A stretch of DNA of 64,000 nucleotides, taken from contig CAVYSE010000028.1 of the NCBI GenBank assembly GCA_963771075.1, positions 1-64,000 of the forward strand, given 5' to 3'. A program made the position numbers and the translations under genes. Below are positions 31,603-42,032 of the stretch, in pieces (position 1 is the stretch's first letter; each line of letters starts with the position of its first letter). Source of the DNA: a candidate division FCPU426 bacterium (GTDB lineage: Bacteria > Oederibacteriota > Muellerivitia > Muellerivitales > Muellerivitaceae). The notes under the pieces were generated by a model. That model was not told the origin of the DNA, did not search any database, and saw only the letters and a list, made by a program, of their open reading frames with translations.

Positions 31603-31697
31603 CAGTTAGCAGTCGACAGTCCGCAGTCGATAGCCAGCCATTGAAGGCATGTATTAATTTCTTTGCAGTCGACTGTTAGCTGTGAGCTGTCGACTGA
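31603..31697. repeat. Inverted arrays of 7-mer repeats (CAGTCGA-like) overlapping the grpE stop
   Basis: CAGTTAG CAGTCGA CAGTCCG CAGTCGA ... TCGACTG TTAGCTG TGAGCTG TCGACTG. Confidence 0.75.
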
Positions 31698-32284
31698 TTT
31701 TTTGCTATTTTCACCAGCGCCGCCCGGACCACCCGGTCGTGGATCACGTAACCGCTTTGCAGTTCCTCCAGCACCGTCTCATCGGGCGCCTGGTCCGTGA
31801 CTTCCTGGAAAAGCACCTGGTGGAAGCGGGGATCAAACCGCTCCCCCACGGTTTTCATCTTCTTGACCCCATACTTCTCCAGCAACCCGTGGAATTGCTT
31901 CAGGGTCAACTCCACCCCCTGCTTGAGGCTCAAGAGCCCCTTGTCCTGGTCGTCGGCAGGCAGGGCCGCCAGGGCCCTTTCCAGGTTGTCGCCCACCACC
32001 AGGAATTCCTTCATCAGTTCGGCTGCGATGAATTTACGATTCTCTTCCTGTTCCTTCAAGGTGCGTTTCTTGTAATTATCGAAATCCGCCGCCAGCCAGA
32101 GGTAATTGTCCTTTGCCTCATCGTGCTTTTTCTTCCACTCTTCCGCCAGGAGGTTCCCGGTGGTATCCCCTTCCAGGCGGGGGCCCTGTTTTTCACCCGG
32201 TTTTTGGAACCCATCCTCGGTTTCAGGGGCGCTGGAAAGGATTTCCACCTCCGGCTCGTTCGCGTCAGGGTTCAGGGGGATCAT
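31676..32284 (-). CDS. grpE: Nucleotide exchange factor GrpE
   Basis: ADFDNYKKR, DNLERAL, GERFDPRFHQ, GY.IHDRVVRAALV. Confidence 0.95.
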   Translation of the reverse strand: MIPLNPDANEPEVEILSSAPETEDGFQKPGEKQGPRLEGDTTGNLLAEEWKKKHDEAKDNYLWLAADFDNYKKRTLKEQEENRKFIAAELMKEFLVVGDNLERALAALPADDQDKGLLSLKQGVELTLKQFHGLLEKYGVKKMKTVGERFDPRFHQVLFQEVTDQAPDETVLEELQSGYVIHDRVVRAALVKIAKNQSTAHS

Positions 32285-32287
32285 GGT

Positions 32288-33316
32288 TCAACTCTCCAAT
32301 CGGCCGAGATTTTCTTTAAGCATCATCGCCAAATGATTGACCAGGGACACCACCCGCTCGTAATCCATCCGCGTGGGCCCCAGCACACCCAGGGAACCGA
32401 CCATGCGGCCTTCCCAGGCAAAGGGGATCCTCACCAGCGAAAAATCCCGCAGCGAAACTTCAGGGATTTCCGATCCAATCTGGACCGCCAGGCCGGGTTC
32501 GGCAAACCGGTTCATGAGCCGGGCCAGCAGGGCCTTTTGCTCTACGATCTTTAAAAGGCACTCCATCTTCCCGGTGTTCTGGAATTCAGGCTGTTCACCC
32601 AGTTGGACAACCCCTTCCATTTGAATTTGATTCCCGAAATCCAACGCCTCCTCGATCAGTCGCAGGGTGGATTCCACGACGGATAGCCGCGTTTTTTTGA
32701 CCGTCTCGGCCTCTTTCATCAGAATGGATTTCAGGTCCGTCAGGCTTTTCCCGGCGAACCGCGAGTTTAATAGATGGGTAATCTGGGTGATTTCTTTAAA
32801 AGAGACCGCGGCGTCCAGGCGTACCAGCTCTTCCTTCACCAGGCCGTGGTCCAGGACCAGTATCACCATAAGTTTTTTGGCGTCGATCGGCACCAACTTG
32901 AAATGGTCCAGGGAAATATCCTCCGGCACGTGGAAGGAGGCCAGGCTGCCCAGCCGGGTCATGGCGGCGAGGATCTTGGCGGTATGCCGGACGACCGCCT
33001 CCACCTCCGCCCGGGTGACCTGATATTGCCGTTCGATTTGTCTTTTTTCCTCCAGGTTCAGCCTTTTCGCCTGCATGAGCTTGTCCACATAAAGCCGGTA
33101 GGCGGGATTAAGGGGAACCCGGCCTGCTGAAGTGTGGGGGTGGGTCAAATAACCCTTGTTTTCCAGTTCCATCAACACATTGCGGACGGTGGCGGGGGAA
33201 AGGCCCATTTGCCCGGAAATGGCCTGGGAGGAAACCGGCTTGGCCGAGTTGACGTAATGATGGATCACCGAGGCAAGCACGTTCTCTTCCCGGGATTCAA
33301 GGTTCGGCGTGGTCAA
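32288..33316 (-). CDS. hrcA: Heat-inducible transcription repressor HrcA
   Basis: SPATVRN..LE..GYL.HPHTSAGRVP, LGVLGPTRMDY. Confidence 0.95.
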   Translation of the reverse strand: MTTPNLESREENVLASVIHHYVNSAKPVSSQAISGQMGLSPATVRNVLMELENKGYLTHPHTSAGRVPLNPAYRLYVDKLMQAKRLNLEEKRQIERQYQVTRAEVEAVVRHTAKILAAMTRLGSLASFHVPEDISLDHFKLVPIDAKKLMVILVLDHGLVKEELVRLDAAVSFKEITQITHLLNSRFAGKSLTDLKSILMKEAETVKKTRLSVVESTLRLIEEALDFGNQIQMEGVVQLGEQPEFQNTGKMECLLKIVEQKALLARLMNRFAEPGLAVQIGSEIPEVSLRDFSLVRIPFAWEGRMVGSLGVLGPTRMDYERVVSLVNHLAMMLKENLGRLES

Positions 33317-33353
33317 GGGACAGCTCCTCTTCAGGTTGCTCGAAGGCTAGATA

Positions 33354-33381
33354 ATAATAGGGAGGGGGTCTTTAAAGTCAA
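33354..33381 (-). promoter_or_regulatory. Putative sigma70 promoter for hrcA-grpE-dnaK
   Basis: TTGACT-16 nt-TATTAT, 38 nt upstream of the hrcA start. Confidence 0.5.
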
Positions 33382-33401
33382 CTTTCACAAGACTAAACCT
33401 G

Positions 33402-33498
33402 TTTACCTCGAAGGCACCAAGAACTTTGAATGGCACCTATGTAAAAAACGGTATAAAAATAAACCTTTTATTCGTTTTTCTTGGTGTCTGGTTGGTTC
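33402..33498. repeat. Degenerate inverted-repeat element (CACCAAG type)
   Basis: TTTACCTCGAAGGCACCAAGAA ... TTCTTGGTGTCTGGTTGGTT. Confidence 0.55.
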
Positions 33499-33518
33499 AA
33501 CAGAGATTTTATGTAGTT

Positions 33519-34625
33519 TCAAAATACGAGCTTTTCGAGCACACCATTTAGCACGAAAAACCCCTTGGATGTAGGCTTGTAATGACCTTGGGAAAAAGAC
33601 AATAACCCTTTTGACACCATATCGTCCCATCGACTCAAAACAACAGTCTTTTTGAGCTTCTCAAACTCCTTAATCTTATCCACTGGAACCCCTTCTCTCG
33701 TGCGAAGTCCCAGCATGATGCCCTCAAAAAGAATGGTCTCATCACTTAAATCTTCCTTTTGGAGGACCAAGTCCCGGCCGGCCTTTTGAATATATTCCAG
33801 CAGGTCTTCCCCATGGGTCCAACGCTTCCCATGAACCGTTCCCACGGCGGAAATGCCGAAGGCCCAATAATCCTCGCCCCTCCAGATATTCCAGTTGTGG
33901 CGGCAGTCAAAACCAGGTTTGGCGAAATTGGATACTTCGTATTGGTCGAACCCTGCTTTCCGCAATCGTTCCTGGGCATGTTCATACTGGTCCGCGACCA
34001 TTTCCTCGTCGGGAAGACACAACCCTTCCTTTACCCAGCGATGAAGGGGAGTGCCTTCTTCCACCTGTAACGCATAGAGGGAAAAATGCTCGGGGTTCAA
34101 CTCCAAGGCCTTTTCGAGGGTTTCCTGAAACATCAACAAGGTTTGATTGGGCAAACCAAACATGAGATCCAGATTGATGTTGGTGAACCCGGCCTGCCGG
34201 GCCTCCCCAAAAGCCTGCACCACCCTAGGCCACTCATGGCCCCGGCCCAGTTTTTTTAAGATATCCTTTTGGGACGCTTGAGCTCCGAAGGAAATTCGAT
34301 TAATACCCGCGTTCCGGTACCCTTCCAGCTTGGCGGGATCTACCGTTTCGGGATTTGCTTCCAGGGAAATCTCGGCGGCCGGGGAGAATTCGGTCTTTTC
34401 TCGAAGGGCTTTTAATATTCGGGCCAACTCGGCGGGAGGTAGGGTGGAGGGCGTCCCACCGCCAAAATAGATCGTCCACAAGGGGCCAGCCAGGTCGGAG
34501 GAGTGGATTTCTTCCGCCATGGCGGTGACATAGGCCCCGATCCGGGATTCCTGGCCCGCCACGGAAGTAAAATCGCAATATCCGCAGATCGAGGCGCAAA
34601 AGGGAATGTGGAGATAAACGTTCAT
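33519..34625 (-). CDS. hemW: Radical SAM heme chaperone HemW (HemN-like)
   Basis: YLHIPFCASICGYCDF, YFGGGTPS, YEVSNFA, HN..W; lepA-hrcA context. Confidence 0.9.
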   Translation of the reverse strand: MNVYLHIPFCASICGYCDFTSVAGQESRIGAYVTAMAEEIHSSDLAGPLWTIYFGGGTPSTLPPAELARILKALREKTEFSPAAEISLEANPETVDPAKLEGYRNAGINRISFGAQASQKDILKKLGRGHEWPRVVQAFGEARQAGFTNINLDLMFGLPNQTLLMFQETLEKALELNPEHFSLYALQVEEGTPLHRWVKEGLCLPDEEMVADQYEHAQERLRKAGFDQYEVSNFAKPGFDCRHNWNIWRGEDYWAFGISAVGTVHGKRWTHGEDLLEYIQKAGRDLVLQKEDLSDETILFEGIMLGLRTREGVPVDKIKEFEKLKKTVVLSRWDDMVSKGLLSFSQGHYKPTSKGFFVLNGVLEKLVF

Positions 34626-34720
34626 GACGCCAGATTTCAAAACTGTTCAAGTTTCACGGTGAAAACGCGGTGAAAAACAAGAACGGCTTTATTTTGATTT
34701 CGGTTGGTTTGTCGCTATTT

Positions 34721-34755
34721 TCCCCCTCTCCCCCTTGGGGGAGAGTTTGGGGGAG
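34721..34755. repeat. GC-rich CCCCCTCT-type hairpin
   Basis: CTCTCCCCC-TT-GGGGGAGAG followed by GGGGGAG; same style as 55270-55368. Confidence 0.5.
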
Positions 34756-34789
34756 CCATTTGCCAAACACAGGGTTGGGTAATCTATTA

Positions 34790-35758
34790 TTACCGGATCA
34801 CGGTGAAAACCCTGTCCTTTAAGGTCTGAAAACCTTCCTTGAATTCAGGTGATCTCCCGTTGGAAACGTAAATGATCCCCACTACCACGAGTGAGAAAAT
34901 GATCAGGTAAAGATATTGTTTGGGGGTCATTCCTTCCTCCTCCGGTTTGACAGTAGGGGGAGCATTTTCAACCGCGGTTTTCCTTGAATTGATCCGGGTC
35001 AAGGCCATCCCCAAAAGGAGCAGTAGAATCGAACCGCCCGCCACCACCAATCCAATAACCGTTAAAAGCTGGGGGACCGATAAGCTGTGCCAGTAAATCA
35101 GCCAGGCCCGCCCCTTGATGAGCTTCTCGTCCAGCTGGCCCCAATATCTCGAGTCGGCGCTATTGTCCCGGTTGTCCCCCATCATGAAATAATGATCTGG
35201 CAGGACGGTGACGGGCCCAAAATTGTCCCGGTCCACCGACAGGTAGCCCCTCGGATAGGTATTTGGGTCGATGTGTTTGACGTAGGATTCTTCTTGCTTG
35301 GTCCCGTTGACGTAGAGGTCCTTGTCTTTCACCTCGATCACGTCACCCGGAAGTCCGATACAGCGTTTGATGTAATCCTTCGTATGGTCGCCCGGGTAAA
35401 CAAACACCACGATGTCCCGGTGCTGGGGTTTGCGGTGTTGCAGGAACCGATCGGTGCTGTTCCATATGGAATAGCCATACTCGTATTTCTTGACGAGGAT
35501 ATAGTCACCCACCAGGAGGGTGTCCTCCATGGACCCGGAGGGGATGGTAAAGGGCTGGACCCAGACCGCTTTGAGGGAAAGGGCGACGATCAGGGCAATC
35601 CAAAGGGAATCGACCGTCTCCACCCACCCCGCCATTTGGGGGTTCTTGCGGATGGAGGGGATCAGCCACTTGAAGGCCCCTTCCACCAGGGTCAGGAGGA
35701 TGGCCAGGATATAAAGAAAATAATTCAAGTGCTCATATATAAAATTGACCATTTCCAT
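34790..35758 (-). CDS. lepB: Signal peptidase I
   Basis: IPSGSMEDTLLVGD, DYIKRCIGLPGD, MGDNRDNSADSRYWG; two extra C-terminal hydrophobic segments. Confidence 0.95.
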   Translation of the reverse strand: MEMVNFIYEHLNYFLYILAILLTLVEGAFKWLIPSIRKNPQMAGWVETVDSLWIALIVALSLKAVWVQPFTIPSGSMEDTLLVGDYILVKKYEYGYSIWNSTDRFLQHRKPQHRDIVVFVYPGDHTKDYIKRCIGLPGDVIEVKDKDLYVNGTKQEESYVKHIDPNTYPRGYLSVDRDNFGPVTVLPDHYFMMGDNRDNSADSRYWGQLDEKLIKGRAWLIYWHSLSVPQLLTVIGLVVAGGSILLLLLGMALTRINSRKTAVENAPPTVKPEEEGMTPKQYLYLIIFSLVVVGIIYVSNGRSPEFKEGFQTLKDRVFTVIR

Positions 35759-35807
35759 TCCTTTTGATTCTCAATTTCACGCGATCCCAAAATGATTTGG
35801 GCCTAAA

Positions 35808-37607
35808 TTATTCCTCAACCTTCAAAACGGCCATGAAGGCTTCCTGGGGGATTTCCACGCTCCCGATGTTCTTCATGCGTTTCTTGCCTTCCTTCTGTTT
35901 TTCCAACAGTTTGCGCTTGCGGGTGATGTCCCCGCCATAGCATTTGGCCAATACGTCCTTCCGGCGGGCCCGCACCGTTTCCCTTGCGATGATCTTGCCC
36001 CCGATGGCCGCCTGGATGGGCACCTCGAACAATTGCTGGGGGATGATTTCCTTCAGCTTTTCGGCGATGCCCCGGCCCCGGACCTGGGACTTGTCCTGGT
36101 GGATCATGAAGGAGAGGGCGTCCACCACCTCCCCGTTGAGGAGGATATCCACCTTCACGATGTTGCCCTCCCGGTAGCCGATTGGCTCATAATCTAAGGA
36201 CGCGTAACCCTTGGTGCAACTCTTGAGTTTGTCGAAAAAATCCATCACCACTTCCGCCAGGGGGAGCTCATAGGTGATCATGGCCCGGGAAGTATCGAGA
36301 AAATGGGTGTTTTTGTGGATCCCCCGTTTTTCCTGGCAAAGGGTCATGACCGGACCGATGTAATCGGCCGGAACGATGATCTTTCCGTCGATAAAGGGCT
36401 CCTGGATTTCCTGCACATGGGACAGGTCGGGCAGTTTGGTGGGGTTGTCGATGAATATCTCCGACCCGTCGGTCTTCACCACCTTGTAAACCACGCTGGG
36501 GGCCGTGCAGATCAGGTTCAGGTTATATTCCCGTTCCAAGCGTTCCTGGACGATCTCCATGTGCAACAGACCCAAAAAACCGCACCGGAACCCGAAGGAA
36601 AGGGCGACCGACGTCTCGGGTTCGTAGGACAGGGCCGCGTCGGAAAGTTTCAGTTTGGAGAGGGCCTCCTTCAGGTCGTCATAATCCTCGGAAGCCACCG
36701 GGAAAAGACCGCAAAAGACCATGGGCAAAACGTCCTTGAAACCGGGCATGGCCTCGGCCGTGGGCCTATTTTCCTCGGTGACCGTATCCCCCACCTTGGC
36801 GTCGCGGACTTCCTTGATATTGGCCGCGATATAGCCGACCTCCCCCGCCTTGAGGATCCCGGTTTTCTCCATCTTTGGCTTGAACACGCCCACTTCCTCC
36901 ACCTCAAAGACTTTGCCGGTGGCCATCAATTGCATTCGGGTGTTCTTCTCGATCTTCCCTTCCAAGATGCGCACGAAGATCATGACCCCGCGGTAAATGT
37001 CGTACATGGAATCGAAGATCAGGCCCTTCAGTGGTTCTTCCTCATCCCCCTTGGGCGCGGGCACTCGCTTCACGACCGCCTCCAATATTTCCTCGATCCC
37101 CAGTCCTTCCTTGGCGGAAGCCAGGATGGCTTCCGAGCCCTCGATCGCCAGGGATTCCTCCATTTGTTTCTTGCACCGCTCCACGTCCGCCGCGGGCAGG
37201 TCGATCTTGTTGATGACGGGTATGATGGTCAGTTTTTGGTCCATGGCCAGGAAGGCGTTGGCCAGGGTCTGGGCCTCCACCCCCTGGGAGGCGTCAATAA
37301 GGAGTAGGGCCCCCTCGCAGGCCTTGAGGCTCCGGGAGACCTCGTAATTGAAATCCACATGGCCCGGGGTGTCGATGAGGTTCATTTCATAGGTCTTGCC
37401 GTCCTTCGCCTTGTAGAAAAAGCGGACCGCCTTTGCCTTGATGGTGATGCCCCGCTCCCGTTCCAGGTCCATCTGGTCCATGAGCTGCTCGCGCATTTCC
37501 CGGGGCGGGATGGCCCCCGTGAATTCCAAAAGGCGGTCGGCGAGGGTGCTTTTCCCGTGGTCGATATGGGCGATGATGCAGAAATTGCGGATATGTTCCA
37601 GCGACAA
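35808..37607 (-). CDS. lepA: Elongation factor 4
   Basis: [52 protein letters not shown]. Confidence 0.98.
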   Translation of the reverse strand: MSLEHIRNFCIIAHIDHGKSTLADRLLEFTGAIPPREMREQLMDQMDLERERGITIKAKAVRFFYKAKDGKTYEMNLIDTPGHVDFNYEVSRSLKACEGALLLIDASQGVEAQTLANAFLAMDQKLTIIPVINKIDLPAADVERCKKQMEESLAIEGSEAILASAKEGLGIEEILEAVVKRVPAPKGDEEEPLKGLIFDSMYDIYRGVMIFVRILEGKIEKNTRMQLMATGKVFEVEEVGVFKPKMEKTGILKAGEVGYIAANIKEVRDAKVGDTVTEENRPTAEAMPGFKDVLPMVFCGLFPVASEDYDDLKEALSKLKLSDAALSYEPETSVALSFGFRCGFLGLLHMEIVQERLEREYNLNLICTAPSVVYKVVKTDGSEIFIDNPTKLPDLSHVQEIQEPFIDGKIIVPADYIGPVMTLCQEKRGIHKNTHFLDTSRAMITYELPLAEVVMDFFDKLKSCTKGYASLDYEPIGYREGNIVKVDILLNGEVVDALSFMIHQDKSQVRGRGIAEKLKEIIPQQLFEVPIQAAIGGKIIARETVRARRKDVLAKCYGGDITRKRKLLEKQKEGKKRMKNIGSVEIPQEAFMAVLKVEE

Positions 37608-37712
37608 GTACGTCCTCTTTAGGGTGAGAAAGATTTTGAAAGGGGCCTAGTATAGGCCAGGGTTTTGATAAAAAGAAGAATGGATTCACGGGCGGGGGGA
37701 TGGGCATAAAAC

Positions 37713-37742
37713 AAAAAAGGCGGCCCCAAAGGGCCGCCTTTA
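37713..37742 (-). terminator. Intrinsic terminator closing the lipoprotein/porin unit
   Basis: Minus strand AAAGGCGGCCC-TTTG-GGGCCGCCTTTTTT just after the stop at 37756. Confidence 0.85.
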
Positions 37743-37755
37743 AACAAAAGGGCCC

Positions 37756-38640
37756 TTAATAAAACTGGACGTTGTCGACCCAAAAGTCGGTGTAGGTGGA
37801 TACACCGGGGGCGCCAGGGGGGGGGCTGGGGCCGCCATTGGAGAACTGCCACAAAAGAAACAAGCCCAAATTCTCAAAGCTGGCCACAGGCTGGCCGTTC
37901 ACGCTCACAGGCTGGCCGTAGAGGATCGCGGGCGCGCTGAGGGCTTGGGTCGTGAGGCCGTCCGATCCGGTGGGAGAAAAACGGATTTTCATGCTACTGA
38001 ATGGAAGGGTCATGTGTTTCCAACCCGAAGTAGAACCCGAAGGCAGGTTGAAGTTAAAGTAGTTGTAGCAGTTGGCGCTATAGGGCGGCGGGCAGATTCC
38101 AGCCGGATCCGCCCCGGCGGGGGTATTTGCGGTAATGCCGACCTGAAACCAGCGCGCAGTATTCGTATCATCCGGGAGGATGTTGATGTCAAATTGGATG
38201 CCGGTGGGAAACTGGGAAAGGTCGTAAATATAAGGATCCGTCGGGTCGTTGGGGTTGTTCCTCAGGAAGCACCACAACTCGATGGCGGGATACTCGGTGG
38301 GGTTGGTGTCCGTTTGCTCGCCGTAAATGTGGACGGCGTATTGCCCCGTATCCGGCCGGGGCACCAATATGATGGGGTTCAAGCTGCCGTTGATCATGTT
38401 GGTATGGCCCGCGACACCGCCGGTGACCTCGCCCGTGAAATAACCGCCGGTTCCGTTCGTGAGGGCCGGGTTCACGAGCAGCGAGCCCTCGTGGAAGTTG
38501 CTGATGATGTCCACCGGCAGGGCGGGCGGGACCACGGAGGACACGGTGGGCACGGAACTCGTGCAGCCTTGGAAAAAGAAAAAAGTCATAAAGGCAAGGG
38601 CCAAGGAGCCCAAACCCCAACCCAGCCATTCTTTTTTCAT
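37756..38640 (-). CDS. Lipoprotein with CBM11/CIA30-like beta-sandwich domain (paralogue C)
   Basis: Lipobox FQGC; YDLSQFPTGIQF, C..CYNYF, W...LPFS, DFWVDNVQFY; GGAGG before MKKEW. Confidence 0.65.
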   Translation of the reverse strand: MKKEWLGWGLGSLALAFMTFFFFQGCTSSVPTVSSVVPPALPVDIISNFHEGSLLVNPALTNGTGGYFTGEVTGGVAGHTNMINGSLNPIILVPRPDTGQYAVHIYGEQTDTNPTEYPAIELWCFLRNNPNDPTDPYIYDLSQFPTGIQFDINILPDDTNTARWFQVGITANTPAGADPAGICPPPYSANCYNYFNFNLPSGSTSGWKHMTLPFSSMKIRFSPTGSDGLTTQALSAPAILYGQPVSVNGQPVASFENLGLFLLWQFSNGGPSPPPGAPGVSTYTDFWVDNVQFY

Positions 38641-38698
38641 TCCAAGCCTCCTACCGCTGAACATCGGTTCAAAGAGAGATATTTTTTTAATTCTACCG

Positions 38699-39613
38699 CT
38701 ATTTAAAGAATGAGATTTGATCCACGTAAAAATCCAAATTGGAGACGCCCGGCTTGTTGTTGCGGCTTCCGCTCCATTGGAGCCACATGATTTCCTGGAG
38801 ATTCTCGCCGCTCAGGGTGGGCGGGTTGGGGATGGCCCCGGATACCAGTTGCTTCAGGTCGCTGAAATTATACCGGAAAAATTCCCATTGGCCGCCGGTG
38901 CCCCCGGAGACGTCGGCCGCGAAATGGTCGTAGCAGAGGCTGGGTCCCGCGGTGCAGTCTCCCCCGGCCACCGGGGCGAGGGTGTGTTTAACGGGAATGG
39001 CGAAATGCCGCTGTATGGTCGTGTCGTCACTGGCGATCATCAGGTAAAACTGGACACCGGTGAAATTGCTTGCGTCAAAAAACGCCCCCCCCTCCGGGTA
39101 AGCGCAGAGGTCCAGCTCCGGGAAGGCTGCGTCGCCCTGGTCGGTGACGGGGCCGGACATGCGGTAGCCGAAGGCGTCCCCGTTCGGGCCGTTCCCTCCC
39201 AAGCCGACCAGGCCCCAGTACGTAAAGCCACAATAGGCCTTGAAATTATTCAGGACCGTCACGGTAGCGGAGGATGGACTTTTCAGGGTGTAGGAGGGGG
39301 GGTTGCCCGCGTCGAAGAGGCTGGGGTTAATGGGATAGCTATAAACAGGCTTGTTCGAAGTTTTGTAAACCACAGGGGCGTTGAAACTTGGGTTTTGAAT
39401 GAGGGAAACCGAGGGCGTGATCATGGCCAGAGTGTTGAAATCGGCCACCGAATCCCGGTTGATCTGGGAAGCCGGGGCTCCATAGGTGCCGACCACAGGA
39501 ATGGAATTTTGGCACCCAATGACCGCCAGCATCCCCATAGCGGCCAGGAAAGAAACGATCAAAACGTTTCTTTTGAAGCCCCTGGGGCTATTTCCCCTAG
39601 AATTGGATTTCAT
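38699..39613 (-). CDS. Lipoprotein with CBM11/CIA30-like domain (paralogue B)
   Basis: Lipobox VIGC; FDASNFTGVQF, C..CYDHF, W...YNFSDL, DFYVDQISFF. Confidence 0.65.
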   Translation of the reverse strand: MKSNSRGNSPRGFKRNVLIVSFLAAMGMLAVIGCQNSIPVVGTYGAPASQINRDSVADFNTLAMITPSVSLIQNPSFNAPVVYKTSNKPVYSYPINPSLFDAGNPPSYTLKSPSSATVTVLNNFKAYCGFTYWGLVGLGGNGPNGDAFGYRMSGPVTDQGDAAFPELDLCAYPEGGAFFDASNFTGVQFYLMIASDDTTIQRHFAIPVKHTLAPVAGGDCTAGPSLCYDHFAADVSGGTGGQWEFFRYNFSDLKQLVSGAIPNPPTLSGENLQEIMWLQWSGSRNNKPGVSNLDFYVDQISFFK

Positions 39614-42032
39614 AAGTCAGCTCCGCGTATTGGTTGTTGAGCGTGTTCCCGCTCGGTAAGGCCCCCACATAGGGTACCGCGTTTCCCCAGGTATAGTCAT
39701 AGTCCAAAAAAAGCCTGGAGTTGCGGTTCATGGTAAAGGTCATGGAAAGTCGCAGGCTGTCGTTGGTGCCGTTGATATTGAATATTTGGTAATTCCCCAG
39801 GTCGCTATTGTCAAAGATATAGGAATAACGGGCCATGGTGCTTCCCTGGTAGCCTGCTTCGGACCCGTTCACGCTGTCCACACTGAAGGAAAGGGCCGTA
39901 TTCCACCAGGGGAAAAGCCCCGCTTCCACGCCGCCTAAAACCCACGCGCTGGTCAAGGTGCCGATCGAGCTGTCCGTTTCCTCGTACCGGACATTGGTGC
40001 CGATCACCAGGTCTTCCGGGTCGTCGATGTAAGGCGCCAGGTTGATGGAAGGGCCCAAATTAATGTAGGTAAAGTTGCGGATGGGAACGGAAGTGACGGA
40101 AGCAGGCATATCCACCGGTACGAGCCCCGTTCCGTCCGTGGTCGCCACCAGGTTCGCCTGCATTTCCTGGACGAAATAGACCGAGCCCTTGATCTTCAGG
40201 GAGTCCTTGTCCAGCGTCTTCACGTCGATTTCCAAACCGCCGCCCTGTCGGTTGGGGGTGCCCAGGCCATAGGGGAAGGTATTGTCTTCCGTGCGGTCGT
40301 AGAATGAAAAGATGCCGCTCGCGCGGGGAACCCCCGATAGGAAGAACTGGCTCCGGAGCGGGTCGGTGTTGAATTCCGGCGTTGGCGCCGAACTGTTAAA
40401 GTTCGAGGTGGCGGTGACCAGGTCCTGGCGGGTCTGGGCGAGGGGCGAGAAGAAGTTGGGACCCACGTTCAGGAAATTGAACGAGATTTGGGAATGCTGG
40501 AATTTCAAATAGGGTCCGATCAGGAAGGCCCAGTCGGAAACGTTGTTACCGCTGTTGCGCGTATCATCTTCATATAACGAACTGGCGGTTTCCCAGGATG
40601 CGCCCAACACCATCCCGTCCCCAAGGGTCACGTCCACGGAGGGCTTGACGCTGAGGATTTCATATTGATGGGCCCAGGTTCCCACGCCATTTGGATCGTA
40701 GGGGCTGCCAGGCTGTTCGCTCTCCAAAGGCTCCCAGAGCAAAACGCCATAGGTGTCGAGGGAAAACTTCAGATTGGTGTTTCCTCCGATAAAAAGGCGC
40801 TTGGTGGCCAACTTTCCCTGCCCCGCGAATAGCCAGTCGGTGAAAAACCCGGGGCCGAAATAGGTGCCCCCGCTGGCCAGGTCGTTGAACCCGTTGCGGA
40901 TCATATCGGCCATGAGGGAAATATCGAAATGATCGAACCAGGTCGAGTCGGGCCAGGCCACCTCCGTGCCCAAGCGCAAGCCCCGGAAGGGCCAATTCGG
41001 CTCGTCGTTCAGGAAGCTTTCATACTTTAAAGTGTCGTCCTCGCGGGCCATCATTTCCGGCACCCAGCGCAGGTCCAGGTTGTCCCGGTTCCACATGGTT
41101 AAGGGAGTGTAGGATTCGTTGAAATCGCCCAAGGTCGCCGTAAACCAGGGAGTCTTAAGTTCCATGGTTCCCCGGCGCGGATAGAAGCTGTCGATCGCCT
41201 GGGAATCGTTCGCCACCATGGCGGTTCCATAGCGAACCATCAGTTCCCACCGGACCTGCTTGCTGACGACACCCTCGGGCTCAAAGTCGATATAGCCCCT
41301 TCCTTGGGAGTTGTCCTCGGGTGAAACGGTGGCTCCCGTCGTGGTCAGGGAAAGCCGTTGAACCGCGCCGAAGACCCGGCCCAAACCGTGCCAGGCGATG
41401 GTGGGGTACTCAGTGATCCCCTTGATTCTCTTCAAAAGGTCATATTGGGCGTTTTCCAGGTCTTGCGTCTTGTCCGCCAGGCCCTTCACCGGAGTCTGGA
41501 TATCCTTTAACTCATATTGATAAGCGTCTTCCAGGCTGTTCAAGGTCGCTGCGATCTTGGACCACTTGAGGGGGTCTTCCGGGGTCGCGGTGGGGGTGAC
41601 GGCGGCCGGAACGGCGGCTTGTGCTACGGGGGGAATTTCGGGCACGGATGAATCGGCCGGGCTTACGGGCGCTGGAGCCGGGGATGCGGGCACCGCCGCT
41701 ACGGGGGGGGCCGAGGACGAAGTGGAGGGAAGGCTGGGTTCCCCCAGATCGGGCGGGAGAGGTATCTCGTCAGCCTGGGCCACCACGATCTCACGGTATT
41801 GGTCGCGGGCCTTCGCCACCCGCTGGGCCACCTCAAAACGGGTCAAGGGGCCTTGGGAGTCGCCGGGGGAAAGCAAGCCGGCTTTTTCCAACTGGCCTAG
41901 TTGCAGGTAGGTCATGTCATTGGAAGGCACCACGGAAAAGATCCCTTCCGAGGCAAAAGCGGCGGCCAAACCCACCCCCCCGAAGAGGGCCAAGGCCAGG
42001 GCCAAACGCCCGGGATTAATAATGGGCTTCAT
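39597..42032 (-). CDS. SLH-like/coiled-coil/beta-barrel outer-membrane protein 3
   Basis: Signal peptide; FSVVPSND.TY.QL.QL.KAGLL..LTRFEVA (SLH-like); Pro-rich linker; coiled coil; amphipathic strands; ends LTYEIQF. Confidence 0.72.
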   Translation of the reverse strand: MKPIINPGRLALALALFGGVGLAAAFASEGIFSVVPSNDMTYLQLGQLEKAGLLSPGDSQGPLTRFEVAQRVAKARDQYREIVVAQADEIPLPPDLGEPSLPSTSSSAPPVAAVPASPAPAPVSPADSSVPEIPPVAQAAVPAAVTPTATPEDPLKWSKIAATLNSLEDAYQYELKDIQTPVKGLADKTQDLENAQYDLLKRIKGITEYPTIAWHGLGRVFGAVQRLSLTTTGATVSPEDNSQGRGYIDFEPEGVVSKQVRWELMVRYGTAMVANDSQAIDSFYPRRGTMELKTPWFTATLGDFNESYTPLTMWNRDNLDLRWVPEMMAREDDTLKYESFLNDEPNWPFRGLRLGTEVAWPDSTWFDHFDISLMADMIRNGFNDLASGGTYFGPGFFTDWLFAGQGKLATKRLFIGGNTNLKFSLDTYGVLLWEPLESEQPGSPYDPNGVGTWAHQYEILSVKPSVDVTLGDGMVLGASWETASSLYEDDTRNSGNNVSDWAFLIGPYLKFQHSQISFNFLNVGPNFFSPLAQTRQDLVTATSNFNSSAPTPEFNTDPLRSQFFLSGVPRASGIFSFYDRTEDNTFPYGLGTPNRQGGGLEIDVKTLDKDSLKIKGSVYFVQEMQANLVATTDGTGLVPVDMPASVTSVPIRNFTYINLGPSINLAPYIDDPEDLVIGTNVRYEETDSSIGTLTSAWVLGGVEAGLFPWWNTALSFSVDSVNGSEAGYQGSTMARYSYIFDNSDLGNYQIFNINGTNDSLRLSMTFTMNRNSRLFLDYDYTWGNAVPYVGALPSGNTLNNQYAELTYEIQF

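Noticed and set aside
33547..33575. TTAGCAC as a CIRCE half-site
   Set aside because: Lies inside hemW and has no matching GTGCTAA arm at the 9-nt spacing.
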